A stretch of DNA of 55,833 bases from a virus (Duplodnaviria; Caudoviricetes). Made by a program: the position numbers and the translations under genes. Where the stretch lies: the IMG/VR virus record IMGVR_UViG_3300021371_000019, positions 1 through 55,833 of that record. One strand, given 5' to 3'. Below the pieces are notes generated by a model. It did not search any database. It was given only the letters and a program-made list of their open reading frames with translations, and had not been told where the DNA came from. Positions 1-7,971 of this stretch are shown here, in pieces (the stretch's first letter is position 1; every line of letters starts with the position of its first letter).

Positions 1-185
1 GGATTACCTTGCTCTTTTCAATTCCATTGATTCTAGCATTCTGTGGTGATTGGGGTAATAGTATTGTTCAAGCTGGCTTTGCTGCACTAGAAACTATGCC
101 AGCATGGTATCAATATTCACTAGGTGGAATTGTTTCAGCAAGTATTGGGATCAGATCCGTGAGTAAATTCTTTGGGAAAAAATAA
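1..185 (+). CDS. 3' part of holin-like membrane protein (second allele of 54719..55072)
   Basis: Same translation as the C-terminus of 54719..55072; TAA overlaps the endolysin ATG (TAATG). Confidence 0.85.
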   Translation, partial: ITLLFSIPLILAFCGDWGNSIVQAGFAALETMPAWYQYSLGGIVSASIGIRSVSKFFGKK

Positions 186-694
186 TGAAAAAAAACTTTG
201 ACAAATGTTTATCAATGCTATTACACCATGAAGGTGGGTTTGTAAATCACCCTAAAGATCCGGGCGGTATAACTAACCTCGGTGTTACTAAAGCGGTATA
301 TGACAAATGGATTGGTCGTGAGTCTACTGAACAAGAAATGCGAGACTTAACATTTATAGATGTAGCACCTATTTACAAGAAAAATTACTGGGATAAGGTA
401 AGAGGTGATGACCTTCCTAGCGGTGTTGACTGGTGTGCCTTTGACTGGGGGGTTAATAGTGGTTCTGGCCGTCCAGCTAAAGCTATTCAACGTGCTGTAG
501 GAGCAACAGCAGATGGGGCTATTGGTCCTATGACTCTGCAAGCTATTATGAACAAAGATCCTCAAATGATTATTGAGAGTGTCTTTAGCCAACGTCAGAA
601 GTTTTATGAGTCCTTACGTACCTTTGAGACCTTTGGTCGTGGTTGGACTCGTCGTAACAAAGAAACACTAGACCAAGCATTGAGTATGATCTGA
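185..694 (+). CDS. Endolysin, glycoside hydrolase family 108 with C-terminal peptidoglycan-binding domain
   Basis: EGGF..HP.DPGG.T catalytic motif, DG.IGP.T and FGRGW..R motifs; follows holin genes. Confidence 0.93.
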   Translation: MKKNFDKCLSMLLHHEGGFVNHPKDPGGITNLGVTKAVYDKWIGRESTEQEMRDLTFIDVAPIYKKNYWDKVRGDDLPSGVDWCAFDWGVNSGSGRPAKAIQRAVGATADGAIGPMTLQAIMNKDPQMIIESVFSQRQKFYESLRTFETFGRGWTRRNKETLDQALSMI

Positions 695-1011
695 TGAGTA
701 TACCTGAACGAGTCAAGACTAAGATGAAAGATGCTGGACTTAAGTCTGTGAATAAACCACAACGACTTAACGATAGCACTAACAAGTCTCACCACGTTAT
801 GGCTAGTGAAGGTGGTAAGTATAAGTATATTAAGTTTGGTCAGGAAGGTGTTAAGACTAACCAGACTGTAGGACAACGAGAAGCCTTTAAGTCTCGTCAT
901 GCTAAGAACATCAAGAAGGGCAAAATGTCTGCAGCTTACTGGGCCGATAAGGTTAAGTGGAGTAGTAGTAAAACTAAGTCCTCTTCTAAGAAGTGGGTTA
1001 AAGGTTCTTAA
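694..1011 (+). CDS. Small basic phage protein (DUF6321-like)
   Basis: KFGQ...R.AF.SRH...K.SAAYW pattern; Lys-rich; coupled to endolysin stop. Confidence 0.65.
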   Translation: MSIPERVKTKMKDAGLKSVNKPQRLNDSTNKSHHVMASEGGKYKYIKFGQEGVKTNQTVGQREAFKSRHAKNIKKGKMSAAYWADKVKWSSSKTKSSSKKWVKGS

Positions 1012-1253
1012 TGTCTCTTATCTCTCATCTACCATTACCTAATATGCCATTTCAAACTCATGTAAACATAGTCTTTGAAAATGGTGTAGGTGAGCCTGTA
1101 AGAAAAGATGTAGACACAAAAGAACCTACAAGAGTTACCCCTGATACACCAGTAGAAGATCTTAAGCTGGTTAATCAAATGTATGCTTACAACCCTAACC
1201 CAAATAAGTTACGAACTCCTGATGGACAAATCGTAGATTTTATTATAGCTTAA
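1011..1253 (+). CDS. Hypothetical protein
   Basis: 80-aa ORF coupled by TAATG overlap. Confidence 0.7.
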   Translation: MSLISHLPLPNMPFQTHVNIVFENGVGEPVRKDVDTKEPTRVTPDTPVEDLKLVNQMYAYNPNPNKLRTPDGQIVDFIIA

Positions 1254-1263
1254 AGGAAAAACT

Positions 1264-1437
1264 ATGCAAAAGAAAATGAATCCCGGAATGGCAGCACTAA
1301 AAAAGAAAGCACCAGCAGTAGCTAAAAAAATGGGCTACAAGTATGGTGGTATGGCTAAAAAGAAGATGGCCTATAACAAAGGCGGTATGGCAAATTGCGG
1401 TGCCTCTATGAAACCTAATGGCAAAGTAAGGAGCTAA
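1264..1437 (+). CDS. 57-aa basic protein with two YxxGGMA repeats (not in ORF track)
   Basis: AAGGA RBS; MQKKMNPGMAALKKKAPAVAKKMGYKYGGMAKKKMAYNKGGMANCGASMKPNGKVRS; fills the intergenic gap. Confidence 0.8.
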   Translation: MQKKMNPGMAALKKKAPAVAKKMGYKYGGMAKKKMAYNKGGMANCGASMKPNGKVRS

Positions 1438-1439
1438 CG

Positions 1440-2351
1440 ATGGCACTACCTTTAATTTTCGTAGTAGTTGGGGGGCAAGCATTTCGTATTGCCGCTACAA
1501 CTGCAGGTAAAAAAATAGTACAGCAACTTTTAAAAAGAGGCGGTAAAAAAGTTACAGAGCAAGCAGCTAAAAAAGTAACTAAAAGTCCTGTAACAGTTAC
1601 AGTACAAAATATAGCAAAGGTATTAAAAGATACTAGGGTTAAGCCCAGTAATACACCTAAGTCAAGTCCAATAACTAAACCTAAACCAAGTTCTGCAGCA
1701 CCTAAAAAACCAAGCTCTGCGCCTAGCGTATCTAAACCAAATATTCCATCTACTGTTAGTAAGCCAAATGTAACTACAAGTGTAGCTAAACCTAAGTCAA
1801 GTTCAACAAAAGATTCTTCTCCATTTAAACCGAGAATGAATACTCAAATGAAAAATCAAAATAGTGCAGCTTCGGGTGGATTAAGAACTTCTACACTTAA
1901 TCCCGGTCCAGAGATAGATAAGACAGCACCTAAACCACTTGTAAAAAATAGAACAAAACCTAAAAAAACAGAAGATACAAAAAAGACAACACCTGCAAAA
2001 GATCCTAGTAAAACACCTACTCGTAGAGATGACTATAAAAGAAATGAACCTACTAGAGCAAAACCTAAAAAAACAGAAGATACAAAAAAGACAACACCTG
2101 CAAAAGATCCTAGTAAAACACCTACTCGTAGAGATGACTATAAAAACTATAAAAGAGATGAACCTACTAGAGTAAGACCTAAAAAACGTCCTGCAACAGG
2201 TCCAGCAACTAACGAGTCTTTTAGTAAAGCTTTTGCTAGAAATAGGGCAAATAAAAAACATACTTTTACTTGGAAAGGTAAAGAGTATACTACTCGATAT
2301 AAAGAAGAAACTGTAACAGAACACAATAAAAAATTTAAAAAGAAAAAATAA
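1440..2351 (+). CDS. Lys/Pro/Thr-rich low-complexity basic protein
   Basis: AGGAG RBS; internal 35-aa duplication; C-terminal SF..AF..R.....FTWKGK.YTT motif. Confidence 0.8.
   Translation: MALPLIFVVVGGQAFRIAATTAGKKIVQQLLKRGGKKVTEQAAKKVTKSPVTVTVQNIAKVLKDTRVKPSNTPKSSPITKPKPSSAAPKKPSSAPSVSKPNIPSTVSKPNVTTSVAKPKSSSTKDSSPFKPRMNTQMKNQNSAASGGLRTSTLNPGPEIDKTAPKPLVKNRTKPKKTEDTKKTTPAKDPSKTPTRRDDYKRNEPTRAKPKKTEDTKKTTPAKDPSKTPTRRDDYKNYKRDEPTRVRPKKRPATGPATNESFSKAFARNRANKKHTFTWKGKEYTTRYKEETVTEHNKKFKKKK
1954..2172 (+). repeat. In-frame tandem duplication with 105-bp period
   Basis: 1954..2040 is identical to 2059..2145; the second copy has an extra 9-bp duplication (DYKNYK). Confidence 0.95.
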
Positions 2352-2716
2352 TGGTAGCATCTCGTGAATATAGCACCGTAACAAAGGGTTTAACTGTAAC
2401 TGCCACTTCTGGCGATGCTAGTTCAAATGTTATATATACTTGCCCTGCAAAGCATGATGCAGAGCTAGACTTCTTACATATTACTAATGGTAGTTCATCT
2501 ACCCAAAACGTAAGCATACAGTGGTATCACGCAGAATCAAATACCTATCACCACATCTTAAATGATAAGTCTATAGCAGGTAAAGATGTCTACAATGTCA
2601 TAACGTCAGACAGAATTTACCTACATGCAGGTGATAAGATTACAGCCTTTGATGCTGCTAGTGGCAGTTTAGAAGTTTTCCTATCAGGTAAAGAGTTTTA
2701 CAACCCTAACCGTTAA
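2351..2716 (+). CDS. Hypothetical beta-rich protein, possibly virion-associated
   Basis: Coupled ORF; YTCP and L.AGD.I pattern shared with 18450..18782. Confidence 0.7.
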   Translation: MVASREYSTVTKGLTVTATSGDASSNVIYTCPAKHDAELDFLHITNGSSSTQNVSIQWYHAESNTYHHILNDKSIAGKDVYNVITSDRIYLHAGDKITAFDAASGSLEVFLSGKEFYNPNR

Positions 2717-2728
2717 TGCATAACGGGG

Positions 2729-2759
2729 TTGCAATTTTATCTCTAGTATGATATAACTA
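2729..2759 (+). promoter_or_regulatory. Sigma70-type promoter TTGCAA-N17-TATAAC(TA)
   Basis: Intergenic; shares TATAACTA with promoters at 12386, 39780 and 54186. Confidence 0.65.
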
Positions 2760-2769
2760 TTTATGTAAA

Positions 2770-2798
2770 ACTACTCCTGCACAAATAAAAGGAGTAGT
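2770..2798 (+). promoter_or_regulatory. RBS-sequestering hairpin
   Basis: ACTACTCCT-N11-AGGAGTAGT; the 9-bp stem includes the AGGAG of ORF 2802. Confidence 0.7.
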
Positions 2799-2801
2799 GC
2801 T

Positions 2802-2942
2802 ATGTTTAAGAAGATATTTAAAAAGATTCAAGAGAATCAACAACGAAGAGCAGACTATTGGATACTTATGAACTTGAGTGACAAAGAACTGCATGATATG
2901 GGGATTAGTAGAGGTGAGATCAGGCAAAAAGTCTACAGTTAA
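2802..2942 (+). CDS. DUF1127 (YjiS-like) small protein, 46 aa (not in ORF track)
   Basis: MFKKIFKKIQENQQRRADYWILMNLSDKELHDMGISRGEIRQKVYS; L..LSD.EL.D.G.SR.EI signature; AGGAG RBS. Confidence 0.85.
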   Translation: MFKKIFKKIQENQQRRADYWILMNLSDKELHDMGISRGEIRQKVYS

Positions 2943-3096
2943 TGCAGCGGGTAATTATACTAAGCCTAGTATGCGTAAGCGCCTTGTTTCTTCCGTCAAA
3001 GCTGGAGGGAAAGGTGGAAAGCCCGGACAATGGTCCGCCCGGAAAGCTCAAATGGTTGCAAAGCAATATAAGGCAAAAGGTGGAGGATATAAATAG
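2914..3096 (+). CDS. Basic protein, N-terminal half of DUF5872-like family (start uncertain; GTG 2914 or 2878)
   Basis: YTKP..R and KGGKPGQWSARKAQ...Y...GGGY motifs. Confidence 0.7.
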   Translation: MRSGKKSTVNAAGNYTKPSMRKRLVSSVKAGGKGGKPGQWSARKAQMVAKQYKAKGGGYK

Positions 3097-3248
3097 TGAA
3101 AGTAGATGCACCTAAAGGCTATCATTGGATGAAACAAAAAGATGGCAGCTTAAAACTAATGAAGCATAAAGATAAGTTTGTACCTCATAAAGGTGCATCT
3201 CTTACTGCTAACTTTCCTGTACAAAAAAAACACGATGCCAAAAAGTAA
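3096..3248 (+). CDS. 50-aa basic hypothetical protein (not in ORF track)
   Basis: GTG start overlapping the previous TAG; GGAGG upstream; MKVDAPKGYHWMKQKDGSLKLMKH... Confidence 0.65.
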   Translation: MKVDAPKGYHWMKQKDGSLKLMKHKDKFVPHKGASLTANFPVQKKHDAKK

Positions 3249-3495
3249 AAGTCAAAAGAGTCTAACTGCTTGGACTAAGCAGAAGTGGAGAACCAAAAGT
3301 GGTAAGCCATCAACGCAAGGTTCAAAGGCTACAGGTGAAAGGTATCTACCTGAGAAGGCTATTAAGTCTCTTAGTTCTTCTGAGTATGCCGCTACATCAC
3401 GAGCAAAACGAAAAGGCACTAAGGCGGGTAAGCAGTTTGTGGCTCAACCTAAGAAAATTAGAGCCAAAGTAAAACCGCATAGGAAAATTACATGA
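3235..3495 (+). CDS. Basic protein, C-terminal half of DUF5872-like family
   Basis: Q.SL..WT.Q.W.T, ERYLP..A and GKQFV motifs; ATG 3235 preferred over TTG 3178. Confidence 0.7.
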   Translation: MPKSKSQKSLTAWTKQKWRTKSGKPSTQGSKATGERYLPEKAIKSLSSSEYAATSRAKRKGTKAGKQFVAQPKKIRAKVKPHRKIT

Positions 3496-3857
3496 GTCGT
3501 AACCTCACAGAAAAACAGCAAAAGTTTCTTGATGTTTTATTTGAAGAAGCTCAAGGCAATTTATCTCAAGCTAGAAAGATGGCTGGGTACGCTGAGACTG
3601 TCGCAACCTCTGCTATTGTAAATTCTTTACAGGATGAAATTGCGGAACGTACAAAAAAGTTTATTTCTTCCACTGCGGTTAAAGCTGCTTACTCCATGAA
3701 ACAAATTATGGATAGCCCTACCGATTTAGGTAATAAAGAAAAAATGGCAGCAGCAAAAGATATGTTAGATCGCAGTGGGTTTAAAGCTTCGGATAAAGTA
3801 GAAGTAACAGCATCTAATCCCTTATTTATTTTACCACCTAAAAATGAAGAAGATTAA
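3492..3857 (+). CDS. Terminase small subunit (probable)
   Basis: N-terminal LTEKQQKF...A.KMAGY helix-turn-helix pattern; upstream of TerL. Confidence 0.7.
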   Translation: MSRNLTEKQQKFLDVLFEEAQGNLSQARKMAGYAETVATSAIVNSLQDEIAERTKKFISSTAVKAAYSMKQIMDSPTDLGNKEKMAAAKDMLDRSGFKASDKVEVTASNPLFILPPKNEED

Positions 3858-4260
3858 TAAAACTTGGCAACTACCTGCACCAAAAAAAGGTGAAACTTTT
3901 GAGTGGAAAAAAGTAGTTAGAGTAGGAAGACATGTGCCATTTGGGTATAGACAAGACCCAGATGATTGTGATATACTCATACCTATAGAACAAGAACTAG
4001 AATTGCTAGAAGAAGCTAAAAAATATTTAAGGCAATACAGTTATAGAGATGTAGCAGCTTGGTTAAGTGAACAGTCTGATAGGTATATCTCTCATGTAGG
4101 TTTAATGAAGAGAGTTAAAATTGAACAAAAGCGTAAGAGAGAAGCTGCAAACCAACGCCAACTTGCTGCAAAGTACAAAGCGGCGCTCGAAAAAGCGGAA
4201 AAGCTCGAAGCCCAAAGACTTGGTGGAAAAGATCTCAGAGAATCAAACTCAAGTTTATGA
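3844..4260 (+). CDS. Putative DNA-binding protein preceding TerL
   Basis: VPFGY motif, SYRDVA.WLS HTH-like segment, basic coiled C-terminus. Confidence 0.7.
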   Translation: MKKINKTWQLPAPKKGETFEWKKVVRVGRHVPFGYRQDPDDCDILIPIEQELELLEEAKKYLRQYSYRDVAAWLSEQSDRYISHVGLMKRVKIEQKRKREAANQRQLAAKYKAALEKAEKLEAQRLGGKDLRESNSSL

Positions 4261-5668
4261 GGAAGATTTAAATAACAATGATATTATTTTTGAGCCTAAT
4301 CCCGGACCACAAACAGAATTTTTAGCTTCTACTGAACAAGAAGTATTATACGGTGGATCAGCAGGTGGCGGTAAGAGTTATAGTTTAGTTGCTGATCCTG
4401 TACGGTATTTAACTAATCCTAACGCTAGGATGCTAATAGTACGTAGAAGTACTGAAGAATTACGAGAACTTATTTCTGTATCTAAACAGCTATACCCTAA
4501 AGCTGTACCCGGAATTAAGTTTATGGAACGAGATAAAACTTGGGTAGCACCTAGCGGTGCAACACTTTGGATGTCTTATTTAGATCGTGACGATGATGTT
4601 ATGAGGTATCAAGGTCAAGCCTTTAATTGGATTGGTTTTGACGAACTTACACAGTGGCCTACACCTTACCCGTGGAATTATATGAGGTCACGTTTAAGAA
4701 CTACAAGAGCTAGTGGATTACCTTTGTATATGAGAGCCACTAGCAACCCCGGAGGTCCGGGCCATCAGTGGGTAAAAAAAACTTTTATTGACCCTAATAC
4801 CCCGAATGAATCTTTTTGGGCAACGGATACAGACAGTGGCGAAACTATATGCTGGCCTAAAGGTCATAGTCGAGAAGGTGAACCACTGTTTAAACGTAGG
4901 TTTATACCTGCTACCTTATTCGATAATCCTTACCTAGCAGATGATGGTATGTATGAGGCTAATCTTCTGTCGTTACCTGAGCATCAGCGAAGGCAGCTAC
5001 TAGAAGGTGACTGGGATATTAATGAAGGTGCAGCTTTCCCAGAGTTTAATCGTAAAGAACATGTAATAGAACCCTATGATATACCTAATAGCTGGGTAAA
5101 GTTTAGAGCCTGTGACTATGGATATGGTTCTCATACAGGAGTTGTTTGGTTTACTGTAACTCCATCTGAACAACTAGTTGTTTATAGGGAAATGTATGTA
5201 TCTAAAGTTACTGCTACCGATTTAGCAGATATGATACTAGAAGCTGAAGATGGTGATAAAATACGATATGGTGTTTTGGATTCTAGTTTATGGCATAATC
5301 GTGGTGATACTGGGCCATCATTGGCTGAACAGATGATTATAAAAGGCTGTCGGTGGAGGCCATCTGACAGATCTAGAGGATCTCGTGTAGCAGGTAAAAA
5401 TGAAATACATAGACGTTTGCAAACAGATGAGTTTACTGAAGAACCTAGATTGGTATTTTTTAATAACTGTACTAATACCATATCTCAGTTACCTGCACTA
5501 CCTCTTGATAAAAATAACCCAGAAGATGTAGACACAAATGCGGAAGATCACTTGTATGATGCGCTTAGATATGGTGTTATGACTAGGCCACGTAGTAATT
5601 TATTTGACTTTGATTCAAATAACCACCGTACAGGATTCCAAGTTTCAGACGCAACATTTGGATATTAA
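4121..5668 (+). CDS. terL: Terminase large subunit (start uncertain)
   Basis: Walker A GGSAGGGKS, Walker B IGFDE, ATSNPGG coupling motif, nuclease DYG and DH.YDALRY. Confidence 0.95.
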   Translation: MNKSVREKLQTNANLLQSTKRRSKKRKSSKPKDLVEKISENQTQVYEEDLNNNDIIFEPNPGPQTEFLASTEQEVLYGGSAGGGKSYSLVADPVRYLTNPNARMLIVRRSTEELRELISVSKQLYPKAVPGIKFMERDKTWVAPSGATLWMSYLDRDDDVMRYQGQAFNWIGFDELTQWPTPYPWNYMRSRLRTTRASGLPLYMRATSNPGGPGHQWVKKTFIDPNTPNESFWATDTDSGETICWPKGHSREGEPLFKRRFIPATLFDNPYLADDGMYEANLLSLPEHQRRQLLEGDWDINEGAAFPEFNRKEHVIEPYDIPNSWVKFRACDYGYGSHTGVVWFTVTPSEQLVVYREMYVSKVTATDLADMILEAEDGDKIRYGVLDSSLWHNRGDTGPSLAEQMIIKGCRWRPSDRSRGSRVAGKNEIHRRLQTDEFTEEPRLVFFNNCTNTISQLPALPLDKNNPEDVDTNAEDHLYDALRYGVMTRPRSNLFDFDSNNHRTGFQVSDATFGY

Positions 5669-5677
5669 GGATAAAAG

Positions 5678-7777
5678 ATGGAAGAAGATTTTGAAGATAT
5701 GATGATGGATATGGAGGAAGCATCCTCTATTGAAGATGTCAAAGAAGAAGACTACTCTGATCCTGCAGCAGGACAAATTGTAAGTTTTGTAAAAGAAAAA
5801 TTTTCTAAGGCTGAAACTGCACGAGAGCTTGATGAACAACGTTGGATTCAAGCTTATCGTAACTATCGGGGTATTTATGGACCTGACGTACAATTTACTT
5901 CTACAGAAAAATCACAAGTTTTTGTTAAGGTAACTAAAACTAAAGTACTAGCTGCATATGGGCAGATTGCTGAAGTACTCTTTGGTGGAAATAAATTTCC
6001 TATTACTATCGACCCTACAATTTTACCAGATGGTGTAGAAGATACAGTAAACTTTGAGGCTAATCCAGAGCAACGTAAAGCAGAAGAAAAAATGCCTGAC
6101 TTACTGCCCGGTGAAACTTATCCAGAGTTTAGAGAACGTCTTTCTGGTATGAAGACTGATCTTGATCCTGTTATAGATATACTTAAATCTGGACCTTCTA
6201 AAACTCCAACCTCTCCTCAATTTCATCCTGCTGAAGCTGCGGCAAAGAAAATGGAAAAGCAGATTCATGATCAGCTAGAAGAGTCTCACGCTAAAAAACA
6301 TCTTCGTGCTGCAGCGTTTGAAACAGCTTTATTTGGTACTGGTATTATGAAAGGTCCATTTGCTGTAGATAAAGAGTATGCTAACTGGGATGAAAAAGGT
6401 AATTACTCTCCTAGTTTTAAAACCATTCCACAAACTACTTCTGTTTCTATCTGGAATTTTTACCCTGATCCAGATGCAGCTACTATGGAAGAGGCAGAGT
6501 ATATTGTAGAGCGTCATAAAATGTCACGTTCACAAGTACGTGCTTTAAAAAACAGACCTTATTTCCGTGAAAATGCAATTGATAATTCCTTGCGTCTTGG
6601 TGAATCCTACAACAAAGAGTGGTGGGAACATGCTATGGAAGATAACTCTGAGCAAGATCAAGCACAACGTTTTGAAGTCCTTGAGTTTTGGGGTTTTGTA
6701 GACACAGAAATTTTAGAAAATCAAGATGTAGATATTCCAAAAGATTTAAAAGATGCAGAGCAGTTAAGTGTAAATGTTTGGGTTTGTAATGGTCAGGTTT
6801 TACGTTTAGTAATGAATCCTTTTACCCCTGCTTACATTCCTTACTTTGCTGCACCTTATGAAATGAATCCCTACAGTATCTTTGGTGTAGGTATTGCAGA
6901 AAATATGGATGATACTCAAACTTTAATGAATGGGTTTATGCGTATGGCAGTAGATAACGCTGCATTATCAGGTAACTTACTAATTGAAATTGATGAAACT
7001 AATTTAGTACCGGGGCAGGACTTGTCTGTGTACCCCGGAAAAGTGTTCCGTAGACAAGGCGGTGCACCCGGACAAGCCATTTTTGGTACTAAGTTTCCTA
7101 ACGTATCTAACGAAAACATGCAGATGTTTGATAAAGCAAGGGTATTATCTGATGAGTCAACTGGATTCCCATCTTTCGCACATGGTCAAACAGGGGTTAC
7201 AGGCGTTGGTCGTACTGCTTCTGGTATCTCTATGCTTATGTCTGCTGCCAACGGCTCTATCCGTAACGTAGTTAAAAACATTGATGACTATTTACTAGCA
7301 CCACTAGGTAAAGCATTCTTTAACTTTAATATGCAGTTTAACTTTGACTCAGATATTAAAGGTGATCTTGAAGTAAAAGCCCGTGGTACTGAAAGCCTAA
7401 TGGCAAACGAAGTACGTAGCCAACGCTTGATGCAGTTTTTGCAGGTTGTACAAAACCCTGCACTAGCACCATTTGCACGTATGGATTACATTGTACGTGA
7501 GATTGCTAAGTCTATGGATCTTGATCCTGACAAGGTAGGTAATAACATGCAGCAAGCAGCAGTACAAGCTGAGATCCTAAAAGAGTTCCAAGCAGCTAAC
7601 CCACCACCAGCACCAGAACCGGGAGTACCACCACAAGGTGGGCCACAGGGAGCACCTGCGGGTGTTCAGGTTCGGGATACTCAAGGTAGTGGGGGTGGTA
7701 CTGTAGGTACTGGTACAGCGCCTCAGCCGGGAGAACAGGGCTTCTCAGGTAATACTGGGGGAGCACCTGTACAATGA
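5678..7777 (+). CDS. Portal protein
   Basis: 699 aa after TerL; FGTGIMK, NFYPDP, FGVGIAE...Q and RTASG.SM motifs of podoviral portals. Confidence 0.9.
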   Translation: MEEDFEDMMMDMEEASSIEDVKEEDYSDPAAGQIVSFVKEKFSKAETARELDEQRWIQAYRNYRGIYGPDVQFTSTEKSQVFVKVTKTKVLAAYGQIAEVLFGGNKFPITIDPTILPDGVEDTVNFEANPEQRKAEEKMPDLLPGETYPEFRERLSGMKTDLDPVIDILKSGPSKTPTSPQFHPAEAAAKKMEKQIHDQLEESHAKKHLRAAAFETALFGTGIMKGPFAVDKEYANWDEKGNYSPSFKTIPQTTSVSIWNFYPDPDAATMEEAEYIVERHKMSRSQVRALKNRPYFRENAIDNSLRLGESYNKEWWEHAMEDNSEQDQAQRFEVLEFWGFVDTEILENQDVDIPKDLKDAEQLSVNVWVCNGQVLRLVMNPFTPAYIPYFAAPYEMNPYSIFGVGIAENMDDTQTLMNGFMRMAVDNAALSGNLLIEIDETNLVPGQDLSVYPGKVFRRQGGAPGQAIFGTKFPNVSNENMQMFDKARVLSDESTGFPSFAHGQTGVTGVGRTASGISMLMSAANGSIRNVVKNIDDYLLAPLGKAFFNFNMQFNFDSDIKGDLEVKARGTESLMANEVRSQRLMQFLQVVQNPALAPFARMDYIVREIAKSMDLDPDKVGNNMQQAAVQAEILKEFQAANPPPAPEPGVPPQGGPQGAPAGVQVRDTQGSGGGTVGTGTAPQPGEQGFSGNTGGAPVQ

Positions 7778-7971
7778 GCCAGTTAAAGCTAGTTGTAAAT
7801 AATAAACCTCAATGGGATGCAATGCTGGAAGAAATTGACTTTCGTATTGCATTTATACATAAACAAATGGAACAGTATGATGACCCTGTAGAAATCTATA
7901 GGTTTCAAGGTGAGATTCGTGCACTAAGATCTTTAACTAAACTTAGGGATAAAGTTAATAATGGCTCTTAA
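7774..7971 (+). CDS. Small helical protein after portal
   Basis: ATGA overlap; YR.QG.I.ALR motif. Confidence 0.75.
   Translation: MSQLKLVVNNKPQWDAMLEEIDFRIAFIHKQMEQYDDPVEIYRFQGEIRALRSLTKLRDKVNNGS

Larger units (their letters stand above)
1..707 (+). repeat. Terminal overlap, copy 1 (matches 54888..55833 except for a 239-bp indel)
   Basis: 1..127 is identical to 54888..55014; 185..707 aligns to 55311..55833 with about 20 substitutions. Confidence 0.97.

Noticed and set aside
1-707. T7-like direct terminal repeat
   Set aside because: True terminal repeats are regenerated identical each cycle; these copies differ by about 25 substitutions and a whole gene, and begin mid-gene
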